Program-made: the position numbers and the translations under genes
Shown: piece after piece, positions 12,039 to 25,737 of the stretch
How positions within the stretch are numbered: position 1 is the first letter of the stretch
How the letters are laid out: each line of letters opens with the position of its first letter
The notes under the pieces: generated by a model
What the model was told of the DNA's origin: nothing
What the model saw: only the letters and a program-made list of their open reading frames with translations
Databases searched by the model: none
NCBI RefSeq assembly: GCF_000281045.1
Contig: NW_008246079.1
Coordinates: 804,618 to 858,588, forward strand
DNA from: Saprolegnia diclina VS20
Taxonomy: Eukaryota
Length of the DNA: 53,971 nt
Direction: 5' to 3'

Positions 12039-13548
12039 CTACGTTTCCTTGGCGTCGACGGTCGGCGCTCGCTTGACATAGCGCGTGTAGCCGACAACGG
12101 CCACGGCAAGCAGCACAAACACAAACGCGCCGGCCGCCGACGACGACGCGTCACCTTGGACGTGCGCGCCGGTGAGCGTCTTGCCGCGCAGCACTTGGTT
12201 GGCGGCTTGGGTCGGCAGCTCGAGGTGCCACCCAGGCAAGAGCGCTTCAATCGGGGACGGGTCGGTGTACGGCACCCAGTGCAGCTGCTTGCACGAGTGC
12301 TCGTCGCGCTTGCCGTCTTCAAACGTAATGCCCGAGAAGTTGAGGTACATTTGCAGCGACCGCGCTTTGCCCCAGCCGTACTTGTCGAGCTCAAACGTGT
12401 CGACGGGGCCTTTGAACGGCCAGTCGACGAGCAACTTGAAGCGGTTTTCGCCCATCTCCCGCTCTTCCTTGCGCTTCGCCTCGTCGACTTGGACGTACTC
12501 GAAGCGCGCAGGCACGCTCGTGTAGTTGTGGTAGATGACGCACCCGGTGCGCGACGGCGAGTAGAGGTCATACCCGTGGGTCCAGAGGTGCGACGCGCGC
12601 AGGAACTCTTCGCCGTCAAACATCCACAGCGTGTGCGAGTCGATCGGCGCGCGCTTCTCGGCGTGGCACTTGCTGAACGAGAAGCCCGCGCCCCAGAGCG
12701 CTGTCATCTGCGGGTACTTTGGCTGCAGAATGAGGTCGGCGCCAATGTTGCGCACGAGCCCGTTCCCGCCTCGCATCGTCTGGCAAATGTGCGGCAAATG
12801 CTGTGGCGCTACGAAGATGGGAGATGAGGAAGAGAGCATGAGATGGATTGGTGGTACCTTTGTTCGACCCGTCGGGCAAGATGAAGTCGTGGAGGTTGTG
12901 CAAGTAGGTCGTGAGGACACCCATCTCGTTGTTGAGCGTGCGCCAGTCCTCGACGACGCCGAGGTCCCAGTCGTTGGTAAAGATGCTGTGGGCATCGAGC
13001 TGGAGGCAAAACTCTTCGTCGTCGATGAGGGCCTGTTGCTGCGACCGCGCCAGCGTCGGGCCGCGTGAGTCGTTGGCCGACCGCTTATCGATCTTGATGT
13101 GGCTCTTGTACTTGCACGGCTCGTCCAGCCATTCGTCCGCCGCGAGTTTGCAGTACTCGTCCAGGCACGACGCATCTTCCGGGTTGACTTGGTCGACAAT
13201 GCCAAAGTACAGCCCGGCGGGATTGCTCGAGCGCTTGAACCCGGTAAAAACCGTGTAGCCGCAGCGGGCACCGTCGCGGAAGGCCGAGAGGCCCACAAAG
13301 ATGTCGTACGTGGCGGGGATGCGCGGCGGCGGCGGCTGCAGGTGGCGAAGCGCCGGGTCCAGCGGGATGTTTTGCGTCTCGGGGAAGAGCGTCACGTCCG
13401 TGTTGGGCTCCTTCCACTCCTTGTCATACGCGTCGAGCGGGTTGTGGCTCGCGAACGAGAGCACGTGCGAGACGCCGGCGGGCGGCGGCGGGTCGAAGGC
13501 CATCGCAATCGGCGCCAACGCCAGCGTCGACCACAGCGCTGCCTTCAT
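12039..13548 (-). CDS. GT60-family polypeptide alpha-GlcNAc transferase (Skp1-GlcNAcT/Gnt-like), 2 exons
   Basis: IFVGLSAFRD, FGIVDQ, SRGPTLAR, FCLQLDAHSIFTNDWD, VLTTY, ALWGAGFSFS, WMFDGEEF, LWTHGYDLYSP; N-terminal signal peptide and C-terminal TM; intron near 12858-12812. Confidence 0.85.
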
Positions 13549-13767
13549 CTTCGTCGTGCAACTTCGATATCCAGAACTGCGACGCACGTTCGTTCGTTCG
13601 ATCACTTGCCGCATCCGGATGATGAACCCGTAATCCGGATATATCGCCACCGCCCGCCTCCTGCCACGTCACAGCCTCCGCCATCGACACGGCAGAGGCG
13701 CCGCGCCGCCAGCACCTAGATAGCTACCTAGAATATACCAAAGAGCGACTCGCATTGGAGACGATGG

Positions 13768-13808
13768 TACCGTCCACCAACTGCGCGTCATACCGTCCAC
13801 CAACTGCG
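13768..13808. repeat. 18-bp direct repeat TACCGTCCACCAACTGCG x2 in the divergent GT60/TPR intergenic region
   Basis: Copies at 13768-13785 and 13791-13808. Confidence 0.85.
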
Positions 13809-14095
13809 AGTCTCTACGAGTGACCTCGCGATCTCCTGTTGTCAAAGTTGGCGCCACGGTCATCTGATGGCCGGTCTCGCTGGACGGGAGCACTGGAGAG
13901 GGTAGCGCTCTCTTGGTGCACTGCTGCCTGATACAATGCGGGCGAAGCTCTTCGAGATGGTTTTGCGACCAAGTAATCGCTACGCAGCAGCAAGAAGCCG
14001 GCAGCAACATCGCACGGACGCCTTTTTTCGTAGCAAGTCCAGCGTAAATGTCGAGTTGTTACCGACTAAATATAGTTAACTTGGCGGCGGTTGCA

Positions 14096-16444
14096 ATGGT
14101 CGAGCCGCAGGACGCGACCGAGGTGGTGCTCTTCAAGCGCAAGGACTTTTTGGCGACGGACGAGGCCGCCAAGAGCCACCCAAACCGAACGTACTACTAC
14201 CGGAAGGAATCCGACTTGGAAAAGGTCATTGACTCGTGCACAAAAAAGCTGGCGGCCGACCCGACCGACGCGACGACGTTTGCGGTGCGCGGCGCGTCGC
14301 ACATGAAGAAGACGGTGCGTCCTCGCTTCCTGTTTGTCATTAATCGATATGGCTGTAGGAGTGGGCCGCGGCCGTGAGCGATTTTAGCAAGGCGCTGCAA
14401 CTGGCACCGTACGACGCCAACAGCTACTACAAGTAAGCGAGGACCGAGACGAGGGTTTATGACGTTCGTAGCCGAGGGCTGGCGTGGAGCAACCTGAACG
14501 AGCCGCAGCGGGCGATCGACGACTTCACACACGCGCTGCAGCTCAACCCAAACCACGTCAACGCGGCGTACGCGCGGTACGTTGCGCCTCCATCTCGACC
14601 GCACACAAGCGCTCTGTAGCGCGTCGTCGTTCAACAAGCAAGGCGACTTTTCCCGCGCGATCGAAGACTACAACTTTGCACTGATGAAGGACCAGCAGTG
14701 CGCCAAGGCCAAGGGCAAGGCCAAAACCAAGTCCGCACCCCACCCGACCGCACTCACTGGCAACCTCCATACCACGACCATCAACAACAACAACAACACT
14801 ACTAATGTCCACGGGATGACCAAGCACGCGAGCAGCAGCATGGTGCTTGGCATCGAAGCGTACGCAAAATTGCGCGAGAAGGAGCTTCTCGACAAGATGA
14901 CGCAGCGCAAGCAGCAAATCGCATCGTCGAGTACGACATGAATCCAAGTATCCATTTCTCCAATAGGATTATCCTAGCGCCGCGCGATGTCTCTATCCTA
15001 TCCGAAGCCGTCGGTCATGACGCAGTACCGTCCGAGAGCGTGACGCATGAGGCAACGACGACCGACGACGACGCCGAAGCGCACCACGTCCGGGGGTTTG
15101 CCTTTCGGAAAGAAGGCCAGTTTGAGCTCGCAGTCCAAGAGTACTCGCGCGCGATTGCGGCCAACCCTGCGTACGTCCAATGCCTTGACCCTTGGGAGAT
15201 CACAAGGGGATGGTAGCCACTTCAAAGCCCACTTCAACCGGGGGTTTGCGTACGACAAACTGCGGCAATTTGAACTCGCGGTCGCCGACTACTCGACAGC
15301 GATTTGCCTCGACCCGACCAACGCGTTTGCCTACTACAACCGTGGCATCTCCCTCGACCGGTTTTCCATCTCACTTTGCAGTTGTCGTCGTCTCAAGCAC
15401 GATTTAGGAGTGGCAATTATACTGGCGCGGTCCGTGATTTCACCAAAGCCATTGCGCTCCTCCCGACAAACGCCGATTTCTACCACAACCGCGGGTTTTG
15501 CCACCGCAAACAAGTAGATATTTGAGGCCAATCTTGTGCACATGACAGGTCTCTTTCTACAATAGGGGCGGTTTGACTTGGCCGTGCGCGACTACACGGC
15601 CGCGATCCAGCTGCACCCGACCCACTTTAAAGCGCTGTATAACCGCGCATTTTCGTACGACAAGATGGAGCAGTTTGAAGCGGCGGTTCTGGACTATACA
15701 GCAGCGCTGCGGATCGACCCAAAGAGCGCCAACGCCTACCACAACCGGGGCAGTACGTGGGAGAAGGTAGCTGCATTTTTGGTGTCAACGGTCGTTGACC
15801 CAACGTCGATGGTAGATGAAGCGGCTGCCCGACGCGATCGCCGACTTTAACCAAGCCATCGCACTCGTGCCGCACGCGGCCTCGAGCTACAACAGCCGCG
15901 GCCTCGCGTTCGACCAGCAGGTGATCGGCTACGGACGCGTTCGGCTAAAACGTCGAACGGGGTTAGGGGAAGCACGCGCAGGCGTTGACCGACTTTGACA
16001 CGGCGCTGCGGCTCGAGCCAAGAAACCCGATCTTCTTGCACAACCGCGGCTACTGCTACCGCAACCTCGGCCACTTTGAGAAGGCAATTGCCGACTACTC
16101 GGCGGCGCTAGCGATCGAACCGACCAACGTCGCAGCCTACAACAACCGAGGCTACGCACGGCGCAAGCAAGGGCGGTTCGAGGCCGCCGTCGACGACTAC
16201 TCGGCCGGTACGTCATCCTTCTCGTGGTTTTGTGTGAAGAGTCTATTGTGACGTAGCGCTGCAACTGGACCCGACAAGCACGCGCACGCTGAGCAACCGC
16301 GCGTACTCGTACGCCAAGATGGGGCGGTACGCGCAGAGCATCGCCGACTACACGTCCGTCCTGTCGCTCGAGCCCACGAATGCGTACGCGCTGCACAACC
16401 GCTCGCTTCTACAAGACAAAGTGCGCGATGGAAAAGTTGTCTAA
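14096..16444 (+). CDS. Tetratricopeptide repeat (TPR) protein, ~11 introns
   Basis: Many TPR units (AHFNRGFAYDKLRQFELAVADYSTAICLDP, ALYNRAFSYDKM, AYNNRGYARRKQGRFEAAVDDYS) in exons separated by short GT-AG introns; stop TAA at 16442-16444. Confidence 0.85.
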
Positions 16445-16499
16445 CGCCAAAAGGACACTTTCTAATGAGGTTAAATCGGTAAAATGGTTCCGACCGATA

Positions 16500-17602
16500 T
16501 TAGAGCTTGAAGCCCGAGTGGACGGCGACAACACCGTCCATAAAGTTGGTGTACGACACCTTGGAGAAGCCGGCAGTCTCAATCATCGTCTTGAAGTCGT
16601 CCTGGACAGGAAACTGGCGAATCGATTCGACCAAATACTAGAACACATTTGGAGATACGAATGCAGAAAGCTAGATGTACCTGGTACGACGCACGGTCCT
16701 TCGCAAGGAGCTCGCCCATGGCCGGGATCATGTTGAACGAGTACTGCACCAGTACATGAGGCACCGAGATGTGTGAGAGGATCGTACTTGGTCGTAGAAC
16801 GCACGCAGGAGCGGGTTGCGCACTTGGCTAAACTCAAGACACATGAAGCGACCGCCCTTGCGAAGCACGCGGTGGGCTTCCGCGAGGGCTTTCTATTGCA
16901 TCGTACATGAGCTATCTGCAGGATGCATGACCAACGTACGTCGACGTGCGTGACGTTGCGGATGCCGAACGCGATCGTGTAGACGTCAAACGAGTCGGAC
17001 TCGAACTGGAGCTGCTCAGCGTCACCTTGGACCCACGAAAAGGACGGGCGCGCGCCCGGAAGGCCAATGCCACGCGCCGTCGCGCGCTCTTCGCCGACGC
17101 GGAGCATGGACGGGTTGATGTCGCAGACCACAATGTCGGTGCGGCCCGACGCCAGCTCTTCGGGCGTCGCGCTCGACGGCAAACCGCCCTTGGTCAAGCG
17201 CTCGGCCATGCGGAACGCAATGTCGCCGGTGCCACCGGCCACGTCGAGGATGCGCAGCGGCTCGCCTACATCATCCGGCCATGCGGCTGCGTGCGTCGGT
17301 ATCCAGGATGCGTACCCGTCTTGTGCGGGAGCGGGCCGAGCATGTTGACAAACTCGTCTTTCCAGAGGCGGTGCATGCCACCGCTCATGGCGTCGTTCAT
17401 CATATCGTAGCTACCCACGGCGATGAATGCGTCTGCGCATCGATGTTGCAGCATACCTGTCGGCGACGCTGTGGAAGACGCCGGCGACCATCGGCTTCTT
17501 GTCCTGCTCGTCGACCTGCTGGAAGCCAAAGTGCGTCGTCGCCTTCTGCTGCGTCGAGAAGCATCGGCGGAGGAGCGGCGAGGCGGCGCGGCGCGGAAGC
17601 AT
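16500..17602 (-). CDS. COQ5: Mitochondrial 2-methoxy-6-polyprenyl-1,4-benzoquinol methylase (COQ5/UbiE)
   Basis: Presequence-like N-terminus; [84 protein letters not shown]. Confidence 0.95.
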
Positions 17603-18396
17603 GCTGCTGCTCGAGTGAAGGGAAACGAACGATTGGCATTCCTGTGGACTCGACAAAATCGACCAATCAGAAGCGCCGATTCGGTAGGCTAATGACACGC
17701 AACTTGGACGCTGCCAAGATCGCCGCGGACGCTGGCCCGCCCGCCACGTCAGTGCACGGCGAGCGTAGTGGCGACACCATGCTGCATCGCATGGCCTCGT
17801 GCAGCGGCGCCGCGTTGCATCGAGCGTGCGTGAACAGGCACGCATGACAGCGCTGTCGACTTCGCGAGCCTTCCTCCGCTGCAACATGGCCATTCCAGTC
17901 GAAAGTTTGACGCGCTGCGATGCGAAGCTGCGAGCACAGTAGACCGTGTGCTTTGCGACCAGGAGAAGCCACTAGTACGCGGATGGCGTGACGTGTGTCG
18001 GCTCGTGGCAACGGCGGCCGTCGTTCGCGGCGCTACCCACGCTAGCACTGCCGTCGCGCCCGCTCGCCGTGCGCACAGACTTGTTAGCGCAAGGAGCGTG
18101 CCATGGCGTGCGATAGCAGCACCGATGACGCTTGACCTTGCAGTCTCCGGCGTACGTGCCTACGTATTGTCGGTGGAGCTGTCGGTGGCCGCCTGTATGG
18201 CACCGCCTGTTCGTAGCCATGCACTGGATGATGCGGGCGGCAACGCGCCGCGTCCCACGTCCAGCGCGCCCGTCGTCCTAGCGGCCTCGTCGGCGCCAGG
18301 CTCCAGCGCGTGGTGGTCCTCGTCCCACCTGTTGCGGCATATTCCTGGCAAATTCGAGAAATATTATAATTGGTTGTCGTTTAAATTCGATCTTTC

Positions 18397-21300
18397 ATGG
18401 CGGACGACGAGAGCAGCAGCGACGCGCTAGCCTTCGACTCGTCGACCGAAGCGACGATCCACAACGTGGACCCGATCGAGGTGCAGACCTTCCAGCTCGT
18501 CTCAGAGCTGCTCTCGCCCGAGGTCGACGAGCCCGAGCGCATCCGCAAGATGAACTGGCTGGCCGAAGTGCTCGAGAAGGCCGAGGCCGCGTTCCGCCAG
18601 ACGCAGCCGAGCCCTGGACGCCGCGACGGCCACCTCGTCGGCCACCTCTTCCGCATCCTCGACGACTTTGAGGACTTTTACACGATGCTCGAGCGCAAGC
18701 TCCAGGGCGACGCGGCCGACCGCGTCCGGAACGAGCGCATGAACGCAGCCGTCTGCCGGCTCTTCCTCGCAACGTCGCCTGTCCACACGCGCTTGATCGT
18801 GCGCACACTCTATGAAGAAGACGTTCTCGAGCGCGTTTGTCGCTGGGCCGAGGGCGCGCCCGGGCCACTCCCGCCGCATGGGCTCCAACTGCAGTGCTAC
18901 GCGGCCGGGCTTCTCTCGGTGGGCCTCCGCGACCGGTCGATCGCCGACACGGTCGTCAACCACGCGACGCTGCCCGTGAGCTTGCTGCGGCGGTCGCGCT
19001 ACTACGCCATGGCGCTCGAGAACGAGCGGGCGATGGCGCTCGAGTACATGCAAGCAATGCAGCAGAAAAAGCTCGTAAAGAACAGCAAAAAGCCGAGCAG
19101 CGCGAGTACGCCGACCGCGGCCAAGCGGCGCAAGCTCTCGATCGACAAGACATCGCTCGACGACCAGAGCACATCGTCGACGTCGCTCGCCGGGTCGGAC
19201 ATTCCGGACCGACTCGTGCACGGACTCCAGGACGACACGCTGTCCATGACGCCCGAAGACATTGCACGGCGCCATGAAGAGCCACCAAAGCAGCTCTTGC
19301 TCCTCGATCTGCTTTACTGCCTCGAGTGCCTTGGTCTCATGGGCGAGTACCTCGAGCTCCTCGCGCCGGCGCTCAAGGAAGACGTGCTCGGCACGATCCT
19401 TACCTTTCTCCATAGCCAGCACCCGACGCTGTGGTCGGCGACGCTCAAGCTCACGTCCCACTTTCTGGCCCACAAGAAGTTTGCATTTTCGTTTCTCGAT
19501 GCGGGCGGTCTCCAGCTCGTGCTCGGCCGCCAGCGACCGGACGAGGTTGCGCTCCTCCACCGGTCGATGAGCATGTGTCTGCACGGCTTTGCATCGTCGT
19601 CGGTCGTCATGGAGACGATCTTCCGGCGCGAGACCGACCGCAGCGCGCTCCTGCTCATGGCGCTCACGCTACTCGGGAGCCCGCACGAGAAGGCGCGCCA
19701 GAACGCGGTCGTCTTCTTCGGGCTCGTGCTGCCGTTCCGGTCGGCGCTCGAGTTTTTCGAAGCCAACGACGGCGTCTACATCCTTCTCAACCTCATTCGA
19801 TCGGGGAACGCGCCCAAGAACGCGGTGCAGCGCCAGCTTGCGCACGACGCGTGTCTCTGCTTGCGACAGTACGTCCGCGTGCACTTTGGACTCCTGGTCT
19901 ACGCGCTGCGGCGCAAGCTCCACGGCCCCAACAGCCGCATGCCCAAGCTCTCGCCGTACAAGCCGATCGACATTGACGACAAGAGCCATGAGACCCAAGT
20001 CCTCCTCTTTGAGAAGCACGGCAAAGGCTTGAAGGACACGAAATGGGTGCTCGGCCTCATGCATCTGCGGGCGCCGCTCGTGCTGCTCGAAGTGCTCAAC
20101 GTGTTTTGCAAGCAGTCGTCGCGGGACCTCGACCAAGAACCGACCTCGTACCGTGTCTGGCTCGTCGAACGCGCGCAGTTTTCGCTCCAGGCGCTGCGGC
20201 TCCTCACGCTGGTGCACCCGCTGATCGCGCCGGACGTTTGTGCGACGACGCTCGCCGACGGACGCAAGAGCGGGCTCTCGATCGTGCTCGAGTGCGCGAT
20301 GAGCACACATTTCCGGGACGGCGACATCGTCCGCGACGCCCTCCACGTGCTCGGCAACTGCGTCTACCCGCCCATCAAGGCCAAGCCAACAGACACCCAC
20401 GAGTCGGCGGCGGTCAAGAGCATTCTCAAGCTCGCACGCGACAAGAGCGCGCTCAAGGTCTGTCTCTCGCTGCTTCGGTACAAGCGGTCGCTGCAACACG
20501 CCGACAGCGTCCGGTTCTTGGCGGCACGCGCGCTGCTCGGGCTCTCGCGCGACCGTCACGTGGCCCAGATCCTCGAGCAAATGCAGATCGGTGCGCTCGT
20601 ATTTTTTCTGTTGAGGTTGCGTTTTCGAGATTGAGATTGAGATTGTAGGCCAACTCTTGTCCGACTTGATCCGGCACGACCCTGTGCTCGAAGAGAACGC
20701 CGACATTCATCTGCGCTTCAAGGATGTCGCGCTCGAGCTCATCTCGCACGTGACGCACCGCGTACCGAGCTCTGCGATCCACGAAGCGACCGACCCGACC
20801 GTGCGCAAGATTGAGAAGGCGAATATTGTCGCGGCCACCCACATTACGTACAACCCGAACGACCTCCTGCTGTTGATCCACGACCATCTCAAGGCTCACG
20901 GGCTGACCGCCGCCGCGGACGCGCTCGAGACCGAAGCGCAGCTCAAGCAACACGCGTCGTCGGGCCCCGGGAGTCCGCACAAGCCCCAAGCGTTGCGACG
21001 CACCAAGTCGTCGACGAACGACGACGCGCTTCTCTCGCCAAGCACGTCGCCGCGTCCGAGCAAGCGCGCCAAGGCGGACGTGAAGCTCGGGCGCGTGCTG
21101 TCGTTTGCACAGCGCAAGAAACACGTGGCCCGGCAGCTCACGGCGCCGCATTACTTTGAGAAGCCTCAAGCGGACGTCAAGAAGAAGGCGGTCAAGCGCG
21201 ACGTCAAGACGACAACGTGGCTTGACAATGTCGTGCGCCAGTACTGCCGCGAGCAGCACCGGCAGTGTCCGAACCCGGTCGCAATTGTACCGCCATTCTC

Positions 21301-23162
21301 GCTCGCGTCGTCGACGCCGCACGAGTGCCCGGACGTGGCCTTGTCGGCGCCAGCGTACACCAACATTAGCAACAGCCTCGTCGTCCGGAGCGCACTCGGC
21401 AGTACGCATCGCGTCGACACGGGCATGACGCGCTTTGCGTATGGTCGCCACCGCGCCTTCCGCGTCGTTAGTACGTATATTTGATTGCGAAAAGCGCTCA
21501 GGCAGCCGTAGGTCACGGCACGGATGTGACGGGCGGGCTCACGGCGGCCACGTTTCTCTCGGTGCCGCGCGACCGCCATATTGTACTGGGGACGGACCAA
21601 GGCGAGCTCGTGTACGTCAACTTGGAGCAGGACGCGGTCGTCGGGCGCTGGCAGTGCCACCCGAACGCGGGTCCTCTCACGAGCATCGCGACCAACGAGC
21701 ACACGCGACTCGCCTTCTCGCATGCGAACCCGCTGATCCTCACGGGCACGTCGCGGTAAGATCATGCCAAGAGAACGATGCGTCACGAGGTGTGTAGGCT
21801 CTCGCAGTACGTACAGGCGACGATCGGGCTCTGGGACCTCGGGCGTATGGACACACCGCGCTGGACGCTCCCCGGGATGCGCGCCGGAGCCTTCAACTAC
21901 GCGGGCGATCGGGTCGTCGCCATGGCGTACGAAGCGGCGACGCACGCGCCCTTTGACCCGTCGATCGGTAGTCCTGTGCGCGGCACGGCCATCTACGAAG
22001 TCGAGACGGGTACGCGGTTGGCATTGCGACATTGTGGGTCATCGAGGGTTAGGGTCCATGCTCGCGCAGCTCGAAGACCCAGTCCGCCCCTCGGGTATTT
22101 ACGGCGACGCGACCAACTGTGTGTTTTCGCCCTGCGACACGACGGTGCTTGCGGACGGGATGCTCTGGGACCTCCGCGTCTCGCGTGCTGTGCACCAGTT
22201 TGACAAGCTCTCGAACGACGGGTTTGGCTACTTTCACCCGAGCGGGAATGAGGTGCTTGTCAACTCGGCGGTCTGGGACCTCCGCACGTTCAAGCTGCGG
22301 CGGATGGTGCCGGCTCTCGAGCAGAGCCGCGTCGCGTTCAACCACAATGGCAGCGTCCTGTACGCCTACTCGCCGTTCGAACCGCTCATGGTCCGTCTCG
22401 CGCGATGACGATGGCGCGTCTGAACAGAAGCCTGTAGAAGGAAAGTTCCAAGAAGTTGCTCAAGCACAAGACATGGTTTCGAGTCCTCGATGCGCGCGAC
22501 TACAAGGACATTTCGACCGTCGACGTCGAGCGGCCGATCTACGATGTCTCGCTCAACTACCAAGAGACGCTGCTGGCGGTACGACTCCGCTACCACTTAG
22601 ATGAAGGCTATACGGCAGTTGTTGTAGATTGTCGAAGGCCGGTACCTCGACTCGGTCTACGGGGAAGACACGCCCGTCTGCCGCCTCTACGAGGTCTCTC
22701 CAAGATGCGTGTCCCAGAGGACTTACGTCTTGCATTGCACAATAGGTCGGCCGCAACAAGCCGAACGAAGCCGACTCGGACCTCGAAGACAACGTTGAAG
22801 AGTCGGAATCGATGGTGCGTCGACTCGCGCATGCCGTAGCATCATGGATGATGTAGGAGGACGAAGATTTCGAGTCGACGTCGAGCTTGGAAGAGGAAGA
22901 AGAAGAGGACGACGACGACGATGAGGTGCTAGAGCCCGGTGCCAATGGCAGCCTGAGCGACGACGATGACGACGATGTGCTGTCGGACGACGCCGACTCG
23001 GACGACGGCGCCTCGTCCCAGGGCTACGACACGGAAGACCTGCACGCGCTTTTGCGTCTCGAGATCCCGGACAATGCGTACTTGACGTTTGGCAGCGAGT
23101 ACGACGATGACGACGAGGACGGCGACGATGAAATGTCGGACGACGACGAAGACGACGAGTAG
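18397..23162 (+). CDS. DCAF1: DDB1- and CUL4-associated factor 1 (VprBP) homolog, multi-exon
   Basis: Armadillo-like N-terminal region (LMGEYLELL, LAHKKFAFSF, ADSVRFLAARALLGLSR), KANIVAATHITY, LisH motif LLLLIHDHLKAHGLTAAADALETEA, WD40 with two WDxR motifs (LWDLR, VWDLRTFKL), acidic tail. Confidence 0.92.
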
Positions 23163-23370
23163 TTAGTTGTCTTTTTTACAACTAGTAACGCGCCCACGCC
23201 TCTTCTATGCGCCTCATATAAATTATACATATCTCTTATCTCTTAGCCGTTGGGACAGGCGCCATGGCGATCTTGGTCGGCGCCAAGATGGCGCGGGACC
23301 ACAACATGGCACCCCGCGCAACGGTAGCGTCGGAGGATGCGGCTGCTATTTCCAGCATACTGCCTTTGGC

Positions 23371-25583
23371 ATGAGGTCGCCGTGGGCCGCTGCGGTCCTT
23401 CTGCTGGAGCTCAGTGCTGTGCGCTCGTGTGTTCACCACCAGGTGCTCGACACGAAGAGCGTCACGTCGCCGCAAACTTATTCCCGCCTCCGCGGCAACG
23501 ACCACCGCCGGCTCCAAGACGCCGTGTACAAGCCACTCCGGCTGCAAACATACTTTGACAATGCGACGTTGTCGCAGCTCAGCGCAGCCAACCAAGTGTT
23601 CCTGACGCAGTTCCTCGTCCCTGCTGCGGTCGCATTCTGGTCGCAAGCTCTCCACGTCGTGCCGGTCGCCAACGGCCTCGCCGCGACGCGCACGTGCACG
23701 AGCGTCTCCAGCGCGGGCTGCGTCTCGGTGCAAGCGAACCAGCTCTGCGTCGACATGCCGATCCCCGAAGCCCACTTTGCACCGACGCCGCTCTGCGACG
23801 CGAGCAGTGGCGTCTGTTCGGTGTTGGGCGAGAAGAACACGCCGCTTCTCAACACGGACATGCTGCTGTACGTGCGCGCGGCGACAACGACCAACTGCGC
23901 GAGCAACGTGCTTGCGTACGCGACGTCGTGCCAGCGCGACCAGCTCGACCGCCCGATCTTTGGCATGATCAACTTTTGCCCCAACTTTATCAACCCGGCC
24001 CAGCGCGCGGGCCCGATCTTCAACCAGCAGCTCACGACAGCCATGCACGAGATGGCGCACGCGCTTGGCTTCTCGGCGGCGTCGTACCCGCTCATGCGGC
24101 TGCCGGACGGTACGCCGCGCACGCCGCGCACCACCGGCGGTCGTACCGGCCCGACGGTGCCGATGCCGGGTGTCTGCAACGGCGCGACGACGACGACGAC
24201 CAGCACCGCCTTTCCGAGCAGCTCGACGATCATCTACCGGACGCTGCGCGGTCGGTCGGTCGCGACGATGGTGACGCCGGCCGTCGCGCGGTTTGCCCAG
24301 CAGTTTTTCAACTGCTCTAGCGTACCGGGCGCCGACCTCGAGAACAACGACCCGGCCTGCCTCGGGTCGCACTGGTGCGTACTTTGGTTGGAGCAAAGGC
24401 GTCACGACGATGGTGGTGTAGGGAAGAGCGGCTCTTTCCGCTCGAGAGCATGTCGCCAGTCCTCAACTACAACGGCAATGCGTTTACAGCATTGACGCTC
24501 GCGTTCTTTGAAGACTCGGGGTGGTACCAGCCCAACTACGCGATGGCGACGCCGCTGTACACGGGCATGAACCAAGGCTGCTCGTACACCACCGCGCCGT
24601 GTCTCGCCAAGGGCGTCGCGGTCGACAATGATCTATTTTGTGCGAGCATGACCGAAGCGTGTGCGCCCGCGCTGCTCGCACGCTCCAACTGCGCACGGGC
24701 CAATTACTCAAGTGCGCTTCCGTCCATCTATCGGTACTTTCCGACCATCACGGACGGCGGGTACGGACGTGAGATCTGAGATCTGAGATCTGAAATCTGA
24801 TATGGTGCCCATTGTAGCACCAACATGTACGCCGACTATTGTCCGCTGAACGCAGGGTACACGAGCGGCGACTGCAGCTTCACATCGAACCTGCTCAAAC
24901 TGCCGTGGAGCACGATCCCGGCGCTCGGTGAAGTCTACGGCACTGGAAGTCGGTGCGCCCTCACGACGCTGCGGCAGAGCGACATGAAGGGTGCGACTGT
25001 GACGGGCCGGTTTGCGGGCTGCTACGCCATGCGCTGCAATATGTCTACGACACCACCGACGGTCCTCATCACGGTGGCGCAGACCGCGACCGTCTCGGTC
25101 GTTGTCACGTGCTCGGAGAAAGGCCAGGCCGTTGCGGTGCCGGGGTTCACCGGCGCCATCTCGTGCCCCGACCCATTTGTCATTTGCGACCTCGGCAGCT
25201 GCACACCGAGTTGCAGTGATACGGCCATGTGCATCAACGGACGCTGCGTCTCGGCGACGACGCCGCTTCCAGTGTCGTCGACGCCGCCGGCGACAACGAC
25301 GTGCGGACCTGCGTCGACATCGATGCCGGTGAGCGGCCCCGTGCCGGCCAGCGACCCAACGCTGGGCAATACACCAACGCCCGTGACGACGCCGACGGGT
25401 GGTAGCAGCTCGGGCGACTCGGACGTGCCAATTCCGACATTGCCCGTCACGCTCGACCCACCAACGACAAATACGACGTCCACGCCACTGGGCGAGACGC
25501 TCCAGACGGGCAGCGCGTTTCGCACAAAGTTGTCTGCGCTTGGTCCTCTCTTCGCCCTCGGTGCCTTTTACTGGGGCCTATAA
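23371..25583 (+). CDS. Leishmanolysin/GP63-like (M8) metalloprotease 1, secreted, probable GPI anchor; 3 exons
   Basis: Signal peptide + CVH propeptide; CQRDQLDRPIFGMINFCP, HEMAHALGF, GADLEN, SHW|EER (intron 24375-24421), ESMSP, LTLAFFEDSGWY, ADYCP; Thr/Pro-rich stalk and hydrophobic tail. Confidence 0.92.
24770..24802. repeat. Intronic heptamer repeat (TGAGATC)x~4.5
   Basis: tgagatc tgagatc tgagatc tgaaatc tgata inside intron 24761-24817. Confidence 0.85.
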
Positions 25584-25737
25584 AAACCAATTTTTAAACC
25601 AATTTTGATTTCCCATGAAATCCTGTGCCGTGGTGCTGCCACGTATCTTCCCAACCTGAAACGACTCGACAACTCCTGCCCGACATATTAATACGCGCAC
25701 GTGTTGAGACAAAACGAGCCAACCGACGTGACCGAGC

